Below are positions 9,298-19,296 of a stretch of 64,000 nt of DNA, one piece after another (position 1 is the first letter of the stretch; the number at the start of each line of letters is the position of its first letter). The stretch comes from an uncultured Bacilli bacterium (lineage in GTDB: Bacteria; Bacillota_I; Bacilli_A; RF39; UBA660), in assembly GCA_944371905.1 (NCBI GenBank), contig CALVYA010000007.1:452-64451 (forward strand), given 5' to 3'. The notes under the pieces were generated by a model. The model saw only the letters and a program-made list of their open reading frames with translations. It made no database searches and was not told the DNA's origin. The position numbers and the translations under genes are program-made.

Positions 9298-9351
9298 ATA
9301 AAATTTATATGTTATAATATAGATATCGTTTGATAGAAGGAGTTATAGCAT

Positions 9352-10098
9352 ATGAAGTGTCAAAGATGTAATAAAGAAATAAAAGAGGGAGAATTGTTTT
9401 GCAATTATTGTGGAGCAAAAGTAGAAAAAGAAAATATAGAACATACGCAAAAGATTAATAGAACAGATAAAAAGGAATTAAAAGATGAGGATAGTGATAT
9501 ATTTTATCAACCAGGATTAGAAAAAAAGTCTCATAGCGTTAATTTGTTTTTAATTTTTATTATTCTGATTTTAATAGGAGTGATTGCTTATTTAGTTTAT
9601 TTTTATGAGGAACAGAAAAATGAAAATAATGAGGAAGAGACAATCAGTTATATTGATGTTTTTTATGATAATTATGTGTTAAAAACTACTAGTGATGTAG
9701 CACACGAATATAGGGAACATAAATTATTTTTAACGGTAGACAAATTGAATGGTGTATTTTATTCTATAGAGGATACTTATACAGATATTATAAATAATTT
9801 TGATGAAATTACTTTAAAGTGGAATGAATTAGGAATTAAAGTAGATTCTTATCATGAACTAAATCAAGCGATTTATGAAATCATAGGATCTAGTGATTTA
9901 GGATATTTTGTTATTTATTTGTTAGAGATCGATAACACTACTTTAGTACTAGAATTTAATTTTACTTCTTTAAGTGTATTTGATGAGATGGAAGATGAAG
10001 TACTAAAAATAGTCAAAAGTGTAAAAGTATCTACTACTTCAGCAGTAAATAATTTTGTTTATCCAGAATTTAATTTGGCCCCATTCGGTAGTCAATAG
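9352..10098 (+). CDS. Zinc-ribbon membrane protein, unknown function
   Basis: CQRCNKEIKEGELFCNYCGAKV zinc ribbon, a central TM, and strong RBS gaaggag. Confidence 0.55.
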   Translation: MKCQRCNKEIKEGELFCNYCGAKVEKENIEHTQKINRTDKKELKDEDSDIFYQPGLEKKSHSVNLFLIFIILILIGVIAYLVYFYEEQKNENNEEETISYIDVFYDNYVLKTTSDVAHEYREHKLFLTVDKLNGVFYSIEDTYTDIINNFDEITLKWNELGIKVDSYHELNQAIYEIIGSSDLGYFVIYLLEIDNTTLVLEFNFTSLSVFDEMEDEVLKIVKSVKVSTTSAVNNFVYPEFNLAPFGSQ

Positions 10099-10124
10099 AA
10101 AAAGTTTAGACTTTTTCTTTTTTC
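10098..10124 (+). terminator. Intrinsic terminator
   Basis: 8-bp stem gaaaaagt / actttttc, loop ttag, followed by TTTTTT. Confidence 0.7.
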
Positions 10125-10155
10125 TTTGTTACAATGGTATAGGATGGTGAATGAC

Positions 10156-11133
10156 ATGAAAGTTACAATTTTAGGTACAGGGGCATACGGATTAGCGTTA
10201 TCGCTTATGTTTAATCGCAATCATAATGATATTGTTTTATGGACGAAGTTTAGAGAAGAAAAAGAATATATAGAAAAAAATCAAGGGAATCCTAAAGTTT
10301 TGCCAAATATAACGATTCCTGAGAATATTATTATCACTACGGATTTAGATTTTGCTATTGCAGATTCTAATTTAATTGTAATAGCAGTTCCTACGGCATT
10401 TGTCGATGATATTAGTTTAGCATTATCTAGTAAGGTTAGTGATAATCAACATCTTTGTATTGCATCTAAAGGAATAGAACGAGATAGTTGTACTTTTGTT
10501 CATGATATTGTATTACGACATATTAAGACGAAAAATTTGGCAATTATTTCAGGGCCTTCGTTTGCTACAGATATTGCTAATATGAATCCAGTAGGATTAA
10601 GTCTTGCTACTACAAACAAAGAAACAGAAGCAATCATTAAAGCGACATTACAAAATGATTTATTAAAATTACGTACTACAGATGATATTATTGGAGTTGA
10701 GATTTGTGGATCTATAAAAAATGTGATAGCAATAGCAGCTGGAATGATTCATGGAATGGGATATCCAGAATCTACACAGGCTATGTTTATTACAGAATCT
10801 CTTCACGATATTCGTTCTTTAATAGATGCTTTAGGTGGAAATAAAAATACTATTTTATCTTTTGCTGGATTTGGAGATTTATTATTAACTGCTACTAGTA
10901 CTAAAAGTAGAAATTTTAAATTAGGGTATTTAATTGGAAATAATACTTCCAAAGATAAAATTGATGAATACATCAATACTACTACGATTGAAGGATTATA
11001 TACTTTAAAATCTATTCATAAATTACTAAGGAATAAAGAAGTAGATATGCCAATTATCGATTTAATTTATGATATCATTTATAATGATGCTAATCCTTTA
11101 GAATTGATTACTTTTTTAATTGAAAAGAAATAG
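10156..11133 (+). CDS. gpsA: NAD(P)H-dependent glycerol-3-phosphate dehydrogenase
   Basis: MKVTILGTGAYGLALS Rossmann start, ASKGIE, ISGPSFA.DIA, GSIKNVIAIAAG. The start was moved to ATG 10156. Confidence 0.9.
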   Translation: MKVTILGTGAYGLALSLMFNRNHNDIVLWTKFREEKEYIEKNQGNPKVLPNITIPENIIITTDLDFAIADSNLIVIAVPTAFVDDISLALSSKVSDNQHLCIASKGIERDSCTFVHDIVLRHIKTKNLAIISGPSFATDIANMNPVGLSLATTNKETEAIIKATLQNDLLKLRTTDDIIGVEICGSIKNVIAIAAGMIHGMGYPESTQAMFITESLHDIRSLIDALGGNKNTILSFAGFGDLLLTATSTKSRNFKLGYLIGNNTSKDKIDEYINTTTIEGLYTLKSIHKLLRNKEVDMPIIDLIYDIIYNDANPLELITFLIEKK

Positions 11134-11182
11134 CATAAATATTTGCTTTTATTCTCATAATATGTTTGGAGGGAACTATATT

Positions 11183-11617
11183 ATGAATAATAAAGAATTT
11201 TTAAAAAGCATTTATGAAGTGGTAAATATGGGGTATCATAGTTGTGATAAATTGTTAAAAGATTTGGAAGGAAAAGATAATAAAATAATTAGTGTGATCG
11301 AAGAAATGAAAGAAAAATATTGCGCTTTTCAAAAAGATACTAAAAAGTTAGATAAAAAGTACAAAACACAATTAGAAGATTTAGGAATGATGGCTAAAAT
11401 GGGGTCTTCTATGGAAATGAAAATGGAAGTTATGAAAGATAATAGTGATAGTAAAATCGCTGATGTGTTAATTAGAGGAAATACTATGGGTGTAGTAGAA
11501 ATAGAAAAAAGTATTCATAAATACGAAGAAAAATCAGATAAAGATGTTTTAAAATTAGCTAAGGCAGTTTTAGAGTTCCAAAAAGAAAATATAGAAACGT
11601 TAAAAGAATATTTATAG
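11183..11617 (+). CDS. Hypothetical helical protein
   Basis: ORF with strong RBS ggaggg before ATG 11183. No family recognised. Confidence 0.45.
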   Translation: MNNKEFLKSIYEVVNMGYHSCDKLLKDLEGKDNKIISVIEEMKEKYCAFQKDTKKLDKKYKTQLEDLGMMAKMGSSMEMKMEVMKDNSDSKIADVLIRGNTMGVVEIEKSIHKYEEKSDKDVLKLAKAVLEFQKENIETLKEYL

Positions 11618-11971
11618 TATTCTTTTTTTCATGAAAATTTCACAGAATATTTGCGTAGACTTCACATTGATTTTATATACTTAAAACATGAAAGGAAGGT
11701 GATGTGTTATAAGTAGGTAATACAATGAAAATTGTATACAACTAAAATTTATATATATAATGCGATTTTGATCACTACACTCCTTATTTCTTGCAACTTC
11801 TACACTAAATAAAAACTTACAAAATCGCAAATTATATGATTATGACGAACTAAAAATAAAGCCGCTATAGTTCAATTACATTTTGCTTACTATTAAAAAA
11901 TAAATTTTATAAACGTTAAGAAAAAGAGACTAAAACGTCTCTTTTTTGATCATATTAATAATGGTGATAAA

Positions 11972-12760
11972 ATGAAAGTATTAATTACAGGGTCATCTTC
12001 TGGAATTGCTTTTTTAACAGGAATTACATTATCTAGTAGAGGTCATTTTGTTTATATGACTACTCATACGAAGGAAGAAGCACATCATTTAAAAGAAAAA
12101 GTAGATGCTCTGGGCTTAAAAATAATGGTTTTTAAGTTAGATATTACAGATAATGAAGATAGAAAAATATTAAATAATTTAGATATTGATATTTTAATTA
12201 ATAATGCTGGAGTAGGAGTAGGGGGTTCAGTATTAGATTTAGATATGGATGATATTAGGAGAAATTTTGAAGTGAATTATTTTTCTTCTTATGATATTGT
12301 AAGGCGAGTAGGAAATAGAATGATTAAAAACAATAAAGAAGGTAAAATTATTATTATTTCTTCTTTAGCTAGTGTTTTTTCAATTCCATTTTTAGGAAGT
12401 TATTGCTCTAGTAAGGCAGCAATTAGTAGTATGGCTACTTCTTTAAGAAAAGAGTTAAAAACTTTAAAATCCAAAGTGAAAGTAGTATTAATTGAACCAG
12501 GTACTTACAAAACAGGATTTAATCAAGTAATGATCGATGAAGTAGATAAAAACATTACTAAAGATTCGGTATTTTATTGTTATAAAAATAAAATTTATAG
12601 AGATTTAAATAAAATGTTTTGTATTAGTGAGAAAAAGAAAGTAGATTCGATTGTCGTTAAAATAATTGAAGCGGTAGAGTGTAGTAATCCTAAATATAAA
12701 TATCGTGCTCCATTATTGCAGAGAATATTCACAAAAATTTATTTGATTTTTGCAAAATAA
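11972..12760 (+). CDS. Short-chain dehydrogenase/reductase (SDR)
   Basis: ITGSSSGIA cofactor motif, NNAG, and the S..Y...K catalytic pattern (SYCSSKAA). Confidence 0.85.
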   Translation: MKVLITGSSSGIAFLTGITLSSRGHFVYMTTHTKEEAHHLKEKVDALGLKIMVFKLDITDNEDRKILNNLDIDILINNAGVGVGGSVLDLDMDDIRRNFEVNYFSSYDIVRRVGNRMIKNNKEGKIIIISSLASVFSIPFLGSYCSSKAAISSMATSLRKELKTLKSKVKVVLIEPGTYKTGFNQVMIDEVDKNITKDSVFYCYKNKIYRDLNKMFCISEKKKVDSIVVKIIEAVECSNPKYKYRAPLLQRIFTKIYLIFAK

Positions 12761-12817
12761 TGTTTTCTTCTTTCTTTGTTCATGTTATACTAATTCTAGT
12801 ATAATAGAGGTGCAAAA

Positions 12818-13903
12818 ATGAAGAGAAGAAAATTAAAAAAAATATGGATTATTATACCAATAGTATTAGTTATTATTTTAGCGTATCCTTGTTTTGTAGC
12901 AGGACAAATTATTAGTCAAGGCTATGGCATAGGTTCGGTGTTTAAAATAGTTACTACGGGTATTAAAGATAAAGTATTAGAAAATGATTATAGTAAAACG
13001 TTAGAAGAAGCATTAAAAAGTAATGATTTTGAGAAAGATAATATCGATAGTTATTTAACTATTGAGTATCATGAAAAAAAGAATTTTATTAAAAGAATTA
13101 ATAATTTAGTAAGTAAGGGATATAGCCAAGCAGATATTAATTTGATTAATGAAAAAATCAATGATGATATGGTAGAGAAATTGTATGATCATGAATTAAT
13201 TAAAGATATCTCTAAATATTTAGCGTTTGATTATTTTAAGAGTGATAATTTATTTCGTTATATAGAGTATTATTATGGTGATTATGAAGAGGCAGTATTA
13301 TATGTTAATATTGGGCTTGATAGGGATTTTTATGAAGATGCTAATGTAATAACAGAATTTAGTACTACAGTTTTAGCTAATAAATATAATAAGTTAGATG
13401 AAAACTTTGAACCTGATAATATTGTTCAGATTAAATCTAGTTGTTCTAAAGGAGAAGAGTATTTATCCAAAGAAGCTCAGGTAGCGTTTGAAGATATGTG
13501 TGATGCAGCACTCGAAGATGATATGCATATTTTAGCAAATTCTGCTTATCGTAGTTATGAAAATCAACAAGAAGTTTATGATACTTATTTAAATTTATAT
13601 GGACAAAATTATGTGGATAATTATGTAGCATTACCAGGGTATTCTGAGCATCAAACAGGGCTTGCTTTAGATGTTGCAGCAAGAGATTATAATACATTTA
13701 GAAATTCTCCAGAGTATGAATGGATGTTAGAAAATGCTTATAAGTATGGATTTATTTTAAGATATCCAGAAGATAAACAAGATATTACCGGATATAAAAA
13801 TGAATCATGGCATTTTAGATATGTTGGGAAAGAAATTGCTAACTATATTCAAGAAAATGGAATTACTTATGATGAATACTATGTCATGTTTTTAGATAAA
13901 TAG
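12818..13903 (+). CDS. D-alanyl-D-alanine carboxypeptidase, VanY/peptidase M15B family, membrane-anchored
   Basis: SAYRSYENQ, PGYSEHQTGLALDV, YGFILRYPEDK, ESWHFRYVG, and an N-terminal TM. Confidence 0.85.
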   Translation: MKRRKLKKIWIIIPIVLVIILAYPCFVAGQIISQGYGIGSVFKIVTTGIKDKVLENDYSKTLEEALKSNDFEKDNIDSYLTIEYHEKKNFIKRINNLVSKGYSQADINLINEKINDDMVEKLYDHELIKDISKYLAFDYFKSDNLFRYIEYYYGDYEEAVLYVNIGLDRDFYEDANVITEFSTTVLANKYNKLDENFEPDNIVQIKSSCSKGEEYLSKEAQVAFEDMCDAALEDDMHILANSAYRSYENQQEVYDTYLNLYGQNYVDNYVALPGYSEHQTGLALDVAARDYNTFRNSPEYEWMLENAYKYGFILRYPEDKQDITGYKNESWHFRYVGKEIANYIQENGITYDEYYVMFLDK

Positions 13904-14002
13904 TTAAGGACTAACGAAGTTGGTCTTTTTTTTATTGACTTTATAGTATAAAATTGGATCTGTTAGCCAAGATAATAAAGAAAGAATATTGGAGTTGATA
14001 AG

Positions 14003-14818
14003 ATGTCTCATGGATTAATAAAAAAGTGTAGTAGTTATATACTTTCCATTATTTTTATTATGATGATTGCATTATCTATTTCTAAAAGTTTTCTATGGTT
14101 AAAAAGCTCAAACAAAACGAATAGTATTATGGATTCTATAACAAAAAAAGAATATAAAGAAGAAGTGATTGCTACTAATCAGGAATTATTTAATCCTCCT
14201 AATGATAAAAATGATTCTTATTGGGATTATCAAAATATTCCTTTTTTACAAGTAGATTTTAATGAGTTATTACAAGATAACGATGATACTGTTGGATGGA
14301 TTCAAGTGATAGGGACTAATATTGATTATCCTATTGTACAAGCGAAGGATAATGAGTTTTATTTGGACCATTCTTTTGATAAAAGTTATAACCAAGCAGG
14401 ATGGATATTTTCAGATTTTAGAAATAATCTAGATAATTTGAATCATAACACAATTATTTATGGTCATGCTAGATTAGACAATACTATGTTTGGCAGTTTA
14501 AAAGATATTTTAAATGAGAACTGGTTTCACGAAAAAGATAATCATATTATTAAAGTTTCTACTCCCATGCATAATATGATATTTCAAATATTTAGTGTTT
14601 ATGTTATTCCCAAAGAAAGTTACTATATAACTAGTGCCTTTCATAGTGATACTGCTTTTTTAGAATTTTTAAATACTATTACTGATCGTAGTATTATAGA
14701 TTTTTCTACTACTACTAATATTAGAGATCGAATTTTAACATTGTCTACTTGTAAAGATAATTTGGGAAATAGATTGGTACTTCATGCTAAACTAATAAAA
14801 AAAGAAACTCGCTCTTAA
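14003..14818 (+). CDS. srtB: Class B sortase
   Basis: N-terminal TM, then GWIQVIGTNIDYPIVQAKDNEFYLDHSFDKSYNQAGWIFSDFRN, IIYGHARLDNTMFGSL, ILTLSTC, RLVLHAKL. Confidence 0.9.
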   Translation: MSHGLIKKCSSYILSIIFIMMIALSISKSFLWLKSSNKTNSIMDSITKKEYKEEVIATNQELFNPPNDKNDSYWDYQNIPFLQVDFNELLQDNDDTVGWIQVIGTNIDYPIVQAKDNEFYLDHSFDKSYNQAGWIFSDFRNNLDNLNHNTIIYGHARLDNTMFGSLKDILNENWFHEKDNHIIKVSTPMHNMIFQIFSVYVIPKESYYITSAFHSDTAFLEFLNTITDRSIIDFSTTTNIRDRILTLSTCKDNLGNRLVLHAKLIKKETRS

Positions 14819-14827
14819 GAGTTTCTT

Positions 14828-15580
14828 TTAAGCTTGTAATAATTTTCTATAAGTATATACTATACCAGTAAATCCGAAAATTCCTAAAATTGCATAGGAT
14901 AATATAGGATCACTAGTACTAGGATTATCTTGTGCTTGGAATAGATCTTGTACTTCGTCCATAGATAATTCTTCTCCAGCAGGTAGTTTTTGTTCAATAC
15001 CATCTTTTTCGATTATTGCATTATCTGCATCATCTGGTACCCAAATGGATGGTTTATCACTGGATTCTGTAGTATTTATGATAGTAGTATTATCATCTAA
15101 CACTAGACGTGATTCTTCAGTAACATTAGAACCCTTTCCTAATTCAATTCCTCCAAAACCATTACCAGATACATCAATAGTACCTTCTAATTTAACGGTA
15201 GAACCATTGACTAATAATGCCGCATTACCACCAGTTAATTTAATATTTCTGATAGTAGCACTAGTTTTATATACTTGTAGAACGTAGATTCCACCCCAGA
15301 CAGTATTATCACTACTTTGACTACTTCCGAAGGTTCCTGTATATCTTATAGTTTTATGATTACCATCAATAGTTACAGGTCTCATAATGTTAATTTTTTC
15401 TGTTGTTTCAATATCTTGTCCTAATATAATTGTAGATATTACATCGTTAGCTAGTGCATCTTTCAATTCTTGTTGATTATTTACTGTCATAGTATCGGTT
15501 TTAGCTTCTACATGAACTATAGGAATTATAAAAATAGTAAGTAATAGAATCATTAGTGCTTTAGTTAAATTTTTTAACAC
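14828..15580 (-). CDS. Cell-wall-anchored beta-helix protein with SrtB-type sorting signal NPSTSD
   Basis: Signal peptide (..VHVEA|KT). Beta-helix-like repeats (IRNIKLTGGNAALLVNGSTVKLEGTIDVSGNGFGGIELGKGS). C-terminal NPSTSD (nt 14909-14926), then a hydrophobic helix and YRKLLQA. GTG start with RBS aggagga. Confidence 0.75.
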   Translation of the reverse strand: MLKNLTKALMILLLTIFIIPIVHVEAKTDTMTVNNQQELKDALANDVISTIILGQDIETTEKINIMRPVTIDGNHKTIRYTGTFGSSQSSDNTVWGGIYVLQVYKTSATIRNIKLTGGNAALLVNGSTVKLEGTIDVSGNGFGGIELGKGSNVTEESRLVLDDNTTIINTTESSDKPSIWVPDDADNAIIEKDGIEQKLPAGEELSMDEVQDLFQAQDNPSTSDPILSYAILGIFGFTGIVYTYRKLLQA

Positions 15581-15780
15581 TTGGTTTTCCTCCTTTCTAA
15601 TTATAGTTTTCCTGGTTAATTAGAAAATATACAAAAAAAATGTCGAAAATTTTACTTTTTTAAATTTTTTTTGTTTATTCTAGTATAAAACCAATAAAAT
15701 GGAACATATTAAATAAAGAATATTTTTTACTTACTTAAATTAATTATAATTATGTTGTATAATTATAGTAGGTGAGAGTA

Positions 15781-18279
15781 ATGATAGAATTAAAAAATAT
15801 AACGAAAATATACCAATCTAAAAAGTCTTTTTCTACGGTAGCCATAGATAATATTAATTTAAAATTTGATAATAAAGGCTTAGTATTTATTGTAGGGAAG
15901 AGTGGAAGTGGGAAATCCACTTTGTTAAATTTATTAGGGGGATTAGATAGTCCTACTAGTGGAGAAATTTCGATTAATGGTCGAGATATTTCTTCTTTTA
16001 GTCAAAGTCAGTATGATTCATACCGCAATACTTATATTGGCTTTGTTTTTCAAGAATTTAATATTTTAGAACAATATAATGTTTATGAAAATATTGAACT
16101 TTCTTTAAGATTACAAGGGAAAAAAACATCTAAAAAAGAAATGAACCATTTATTAAATAAACTTGGATTAACTAATTTAGAGTTAAGAAAAATAAACGAA
16201 TTATCAGGAGGTCAAAAACAAAAAGTAGCAATTGCAAGAGCACTAGTGAAAAAACCAGAAGTGATTTTAGCGGATGAACCAACGGGAAATTTGGATCAAG
16301 AATCCAGTGAACAAATATTTAAAATTTTAAAAGAAATTAGTAAGGAACAATTAGTTGTAGTAGTATCACATGATTTAGAGTCTGCCCAGCGGTATGCTTC
16401 TCGTATCATAGAAATAGAAGATGGAAAAATAATTGCAGATTCTAATAATACGGTAAAAAACAAGGGAGAAGAATTCATACTAAAGGAATCTAAATTACCA
16501 ATGTCATATGTTTTAAAAATGGCTATTACTAGTTTTAAAAGGAAACCAGTTAAATTATTTATGACAATTCTTCTAACAGCAATTTCATTTATTTTTTTAG
16601 GAATAACAGTTAATTGTGTATTATTCGATAAGACGATGTTAATTGTTAATACTATGAAGGATAATAATAACTATCTCTATGATGTTTTTCATACCGAGAG
16701 GAAAGGAAATTTAGCTATTCAGGGCTTAGAACTAAATAGTAATGATTTCACAAATATTAGTCATTTAACTTCTTCTTTAGTAAATCCGATTTATTTACTA
16801 TATGATAATAATAAATTGTTACAATTTGAATTTGTTGAAAATAATATCCAATCAGAGTATTATGATAAAGAGATTTCCTATTTGAGGTTTATTGAGGTAA
16901 AAGATGAGAGAATTTTAGGAAGGTTAATTGGAAGAGCACCACAACGAAAAGGAGAAATAGTGGTTCATAAATATATTGCTGATTATGCAATTCAGTTTGG
17001 CATTAAAACTACTAATGGGAACTTATATTTCCCAGAAAGTTATTTAGAACTAGTTAGTAATAATGAAAAGATAAAATTAGGGAATAATGAAGTTGTTATT
17101 ACAGGGATCATTGATGATGATAATAGTTTATTTTTAAGTGCTAAAGAAACAGGTGTTTTTGAGAACAAAGAGTTAGGTATCTTTTTTTCTGAAAGTTATG
17201 TAAATCGGGCAATCGATATTTATGTAAAAGATTTTGTGGATACTGTTAGTTTAAGAAGTGATGACAAGACGATTCTTGATTATGTTATAATTCAAAATCA
17301 AAAGGGAGATAAATCTTTATATGGATTAGATACTAAGTTTGTTTTTTTACAAGAAGAAGTAGATATCATAACTAAAAAAAATATTCGTAAGATGGATTCT
17401 TTAGATGAAGATGAAATTGTGCTATCTAGTGAAACTTTAATGAAATTTGATGATAAGTTTAATAGTGAATTTAATAAATATTTACTAGAGCATAGTAATA
17501 ATACTTTTGAAGAGTCTTTAAGAGAATTTTCATCTTCATATTTAGCTAGAAATAAGTTGAGTGTATATTTATCAATTTATTTACAAGATTTTTCTATTGA
17601 GAATAAAAAAGTAGAAATAGTTGGTATATCTTTAGATAAGAATAATTATATTAGTTATCATTATACCGATCATTATCATCCACAGTTAAAGAAAATCTAT
17701 TCGGTTAGAATCTTTGATGATAATATAGACTCTTTAACTAAATCTCTAAATAAATTAATGTATAATAATTATGTATCGAATAGCAATAAAGTATCACCTG
17801 GTGTTTATTATAGTTATGATGTGTTAGTAGATGTATCCGGTAAATTAATAGATGTCATCTTTTACTATGAAGCTTTAGATATTGTCTTTTTAATATTGAG
17901 TATTATATTTATTTTATTTACTTTACTATTATTTTCTAATTTTATATCAGTGTCTATTTCTTATTGTAAAAAAGAAATTGGTATTTTACGAGCACTAGGG
18001 GCAAGTAGGCGAGATATTATTAAAATATTTGGATACGAGTCAGTAATAATTGGTATTTTATCGTGGTTGATTGCTATGATAGGTTGGATTATTACTTGTC
18101 AGATCTTAAATCAAAATATTTTTTCTAATTTGTTTTATGAGTTAAATGGAATAGTAACTCATCCTTTCGTTCCAATAATTATGTTATTATATATGTTAGC
18201 AATTGCTTTATTGATTACCTCTATTTCTATTCGTAGAATAGTTAAAATTAATCCTATAGATGCAATTTTAAATAAATAA
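15781..18279 (+). CDS. Fused ABC transporter ATPase plus FtsX/MacB-type permease with a large extracytoplasmic domain
   Basis: Walker A GKSGSGKST, signature LSGGQKQ, Walker B ILADEPT. A TM lies at about aa 265, followed by a ~400-aa loop and a C-terminal 3-TM FtsX-like block (ILRALGASRRDI). Confidence 0.85.
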   Translation: MIELKNITKIYQSKKSFSTVAIDNINLKFDNKGLVFIVGKSGSGKSTLLNLLGGLDSPTSGEISINGRDISSFSQSQYDSYRNTYIGFVFQEFNILEQYNVYENIELSLRLQGKKTSKKEMNHLLNKLGLTNLELRKINELSGGQKQKVAIARALVKKPEVILADEPTGNLDQESSEQIFKILKEISKEQLVVVVSHDLESAQRYASRIIEIEDGKIIADSNNTVKNKGEEFILKESKLPMSYVLKMAITSFKRKPVKLFMTILLTAISFIFLGITVNCVLFDKTMLIVNTMKDNNNYLYDVFHTERKGNLAIQGLELNSNDFTNISHLTSSLVNPIYLLYDNNKLLQFEFVENNIQSEYYDKEISYLRFIEVKDERILGRLIGRAPQRKGEIVVHKYIADYAIQFGIKTTNGNLYFPESYLELVSNNEKIKLGNNEVVITGIIDDDNSLFLSAKETGVFENKELGIFFSESYVNRAIDIYVKDFVDTVSLRSDDKTILDYVIIQNQKGDKSLYGLDTKFVFLQEEVDIITKKNIRKMDSLDEDEIVLSSETLMKFDDKFNSEFNKYLLEHSNNTFEESLREFSSSYLARNKLSVYLSIYLQDFSIENKKVEIVGISLDKNNYISYHYTDHYHPQLKKIYSVRIFDDNIDSLTKSLNKLMYNNYVSNSNKVSPGVYYSYDVLVDVSGKLIDVIFYYEALDIVFLILSIIFILFTLLLFSNFISVSISYCKKEIGILRALGASRRDIIKIFGYESVIIGILSWLIAMIGWIITCQILNQNIFSNLFYELNGIVTHPFVPIIMLLYMLAIALLITSISIRRIVKINPIDAILNK

Positions 18280-18333
18280 TTGAAAATAAATGAATTATTT
18301 TATGGTAAAATATTAATAGAATGGAGGGACAAA

Positions 18334-18795
18334 ATGATTACAATTGAAAGATTAACAAAATTGATAGAAAAAGTCGTTGGAAACAACGAGCCATATTGGA
18401 TAGAACCAATAAAAAAAATAGTTTTACAAATTATAGAAATGGAAGACGGAGAAGAAAGTAGTATTAGTTATTTATTAGGGGAAGATACAAAAAAAATTAC
18501 TCCAAAACAATTGTTGGAGATAGATAAATTAGTGACAAAAGTTTGCTTGCAATTACAAATTAAATTAGAAAAAAGTTATCCTAACAATCAAATAACAGAT
18601 TCTTCTTATGTCATCTCATTTAAAAAAATGGATGGAAGATTAAAATGTCCTGTTTGCAATGAACCATTAACTTTGTTAGCACCTAGCGGAACAACATTAC
18701 ATTGTAGTAAATGTAATAAATATTATGTAAATAATAATGGTAGTGTTGGAAATGAAACGAGTACTCCTTATGTCAAAAATGATATTTTATATTAG
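18334..18795 (+). CDS. Hypothetical protein with C-terminal zinc ribbon
   Basis: RBS ggaggg before ATG 18334. Contains CPVCNEPLT..CSKCNKYY. Confidence 0.45.
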   Translation: MITIERLTKLIEKVVGNNEPYWIEPIKKIVLQIIEMEDGEESSISYLLGEDTKKITPKQLLEIDKLVTKVCLQLQIKLEKSYPNNQITDSSYVISFKKMDGRLKCPVCNEPLTLLAPSGTTLHCSKCNKYYVNNNGSVGNETSTPYVKNDILY

Positions 18796-19096
18796 TATTG
18801 CTTTGTGATCGTTATATAAAAAATGGTATAGTTGATTTTTATCACAATTTAGTTTAGTAAAGAAAGAAAATTGTGATACTAGGTTTAATATGACAAAATT
18901 ACATACGATTTCTATTTAGAGTTTAAAATCTTTATCAAGGTTTAACTCTTTTATTGTGATTTTTAATTGTAAATCTTTCTTTGTATCAACAAAAAAGTAT
19001 TAATCTCTGATAAGATTAATACATGAGAAAAAAGGATAGAACACAGAAAATAACTTTTGTTATAAAAGTCCTTGTCTTATTTCTATTTATCTTTAG

Positions 19097-19125
19097 TTGA
19101 ATGGCAATACTAAGGTTTTTATAAT
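19097..19125 (+). promoter_or_regulatory. Near-consensus sigma-A promoter with no downstream CDS
   Basis: TTGAAT (19097-19102), a 17-nt spacer, then TATAAT (19120-19125). It points at the 3' end of the minus-strand tRNA-Thr. Confidence 0.4.
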
Positions 19126-19240
19126 ACTTAACTGAATTTCTATATAAAACTAAAGAGTTATGATATTGCCAAAAGTTTGATTTATATTTTTACTTCAAAA
19201 TTATTTTTCCTATTTTCATAATCGTGATTTTTTCTAAATG

Positions 19241-19296
19241 AAAAAATCAATCTTTCGATTGAATTCTATATAAAAGTTCGAGCTTTTCGAACAGAT
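19241..19296 (-). terminator. Terminator hairpins downstream of tRNA-Thr
   Basis: On the minus strand, gttcgaaaagctcgaac is followed by TTTTA, and tcaatcgaaagattga is followed by TTTTTT. Confidence 0.55.
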
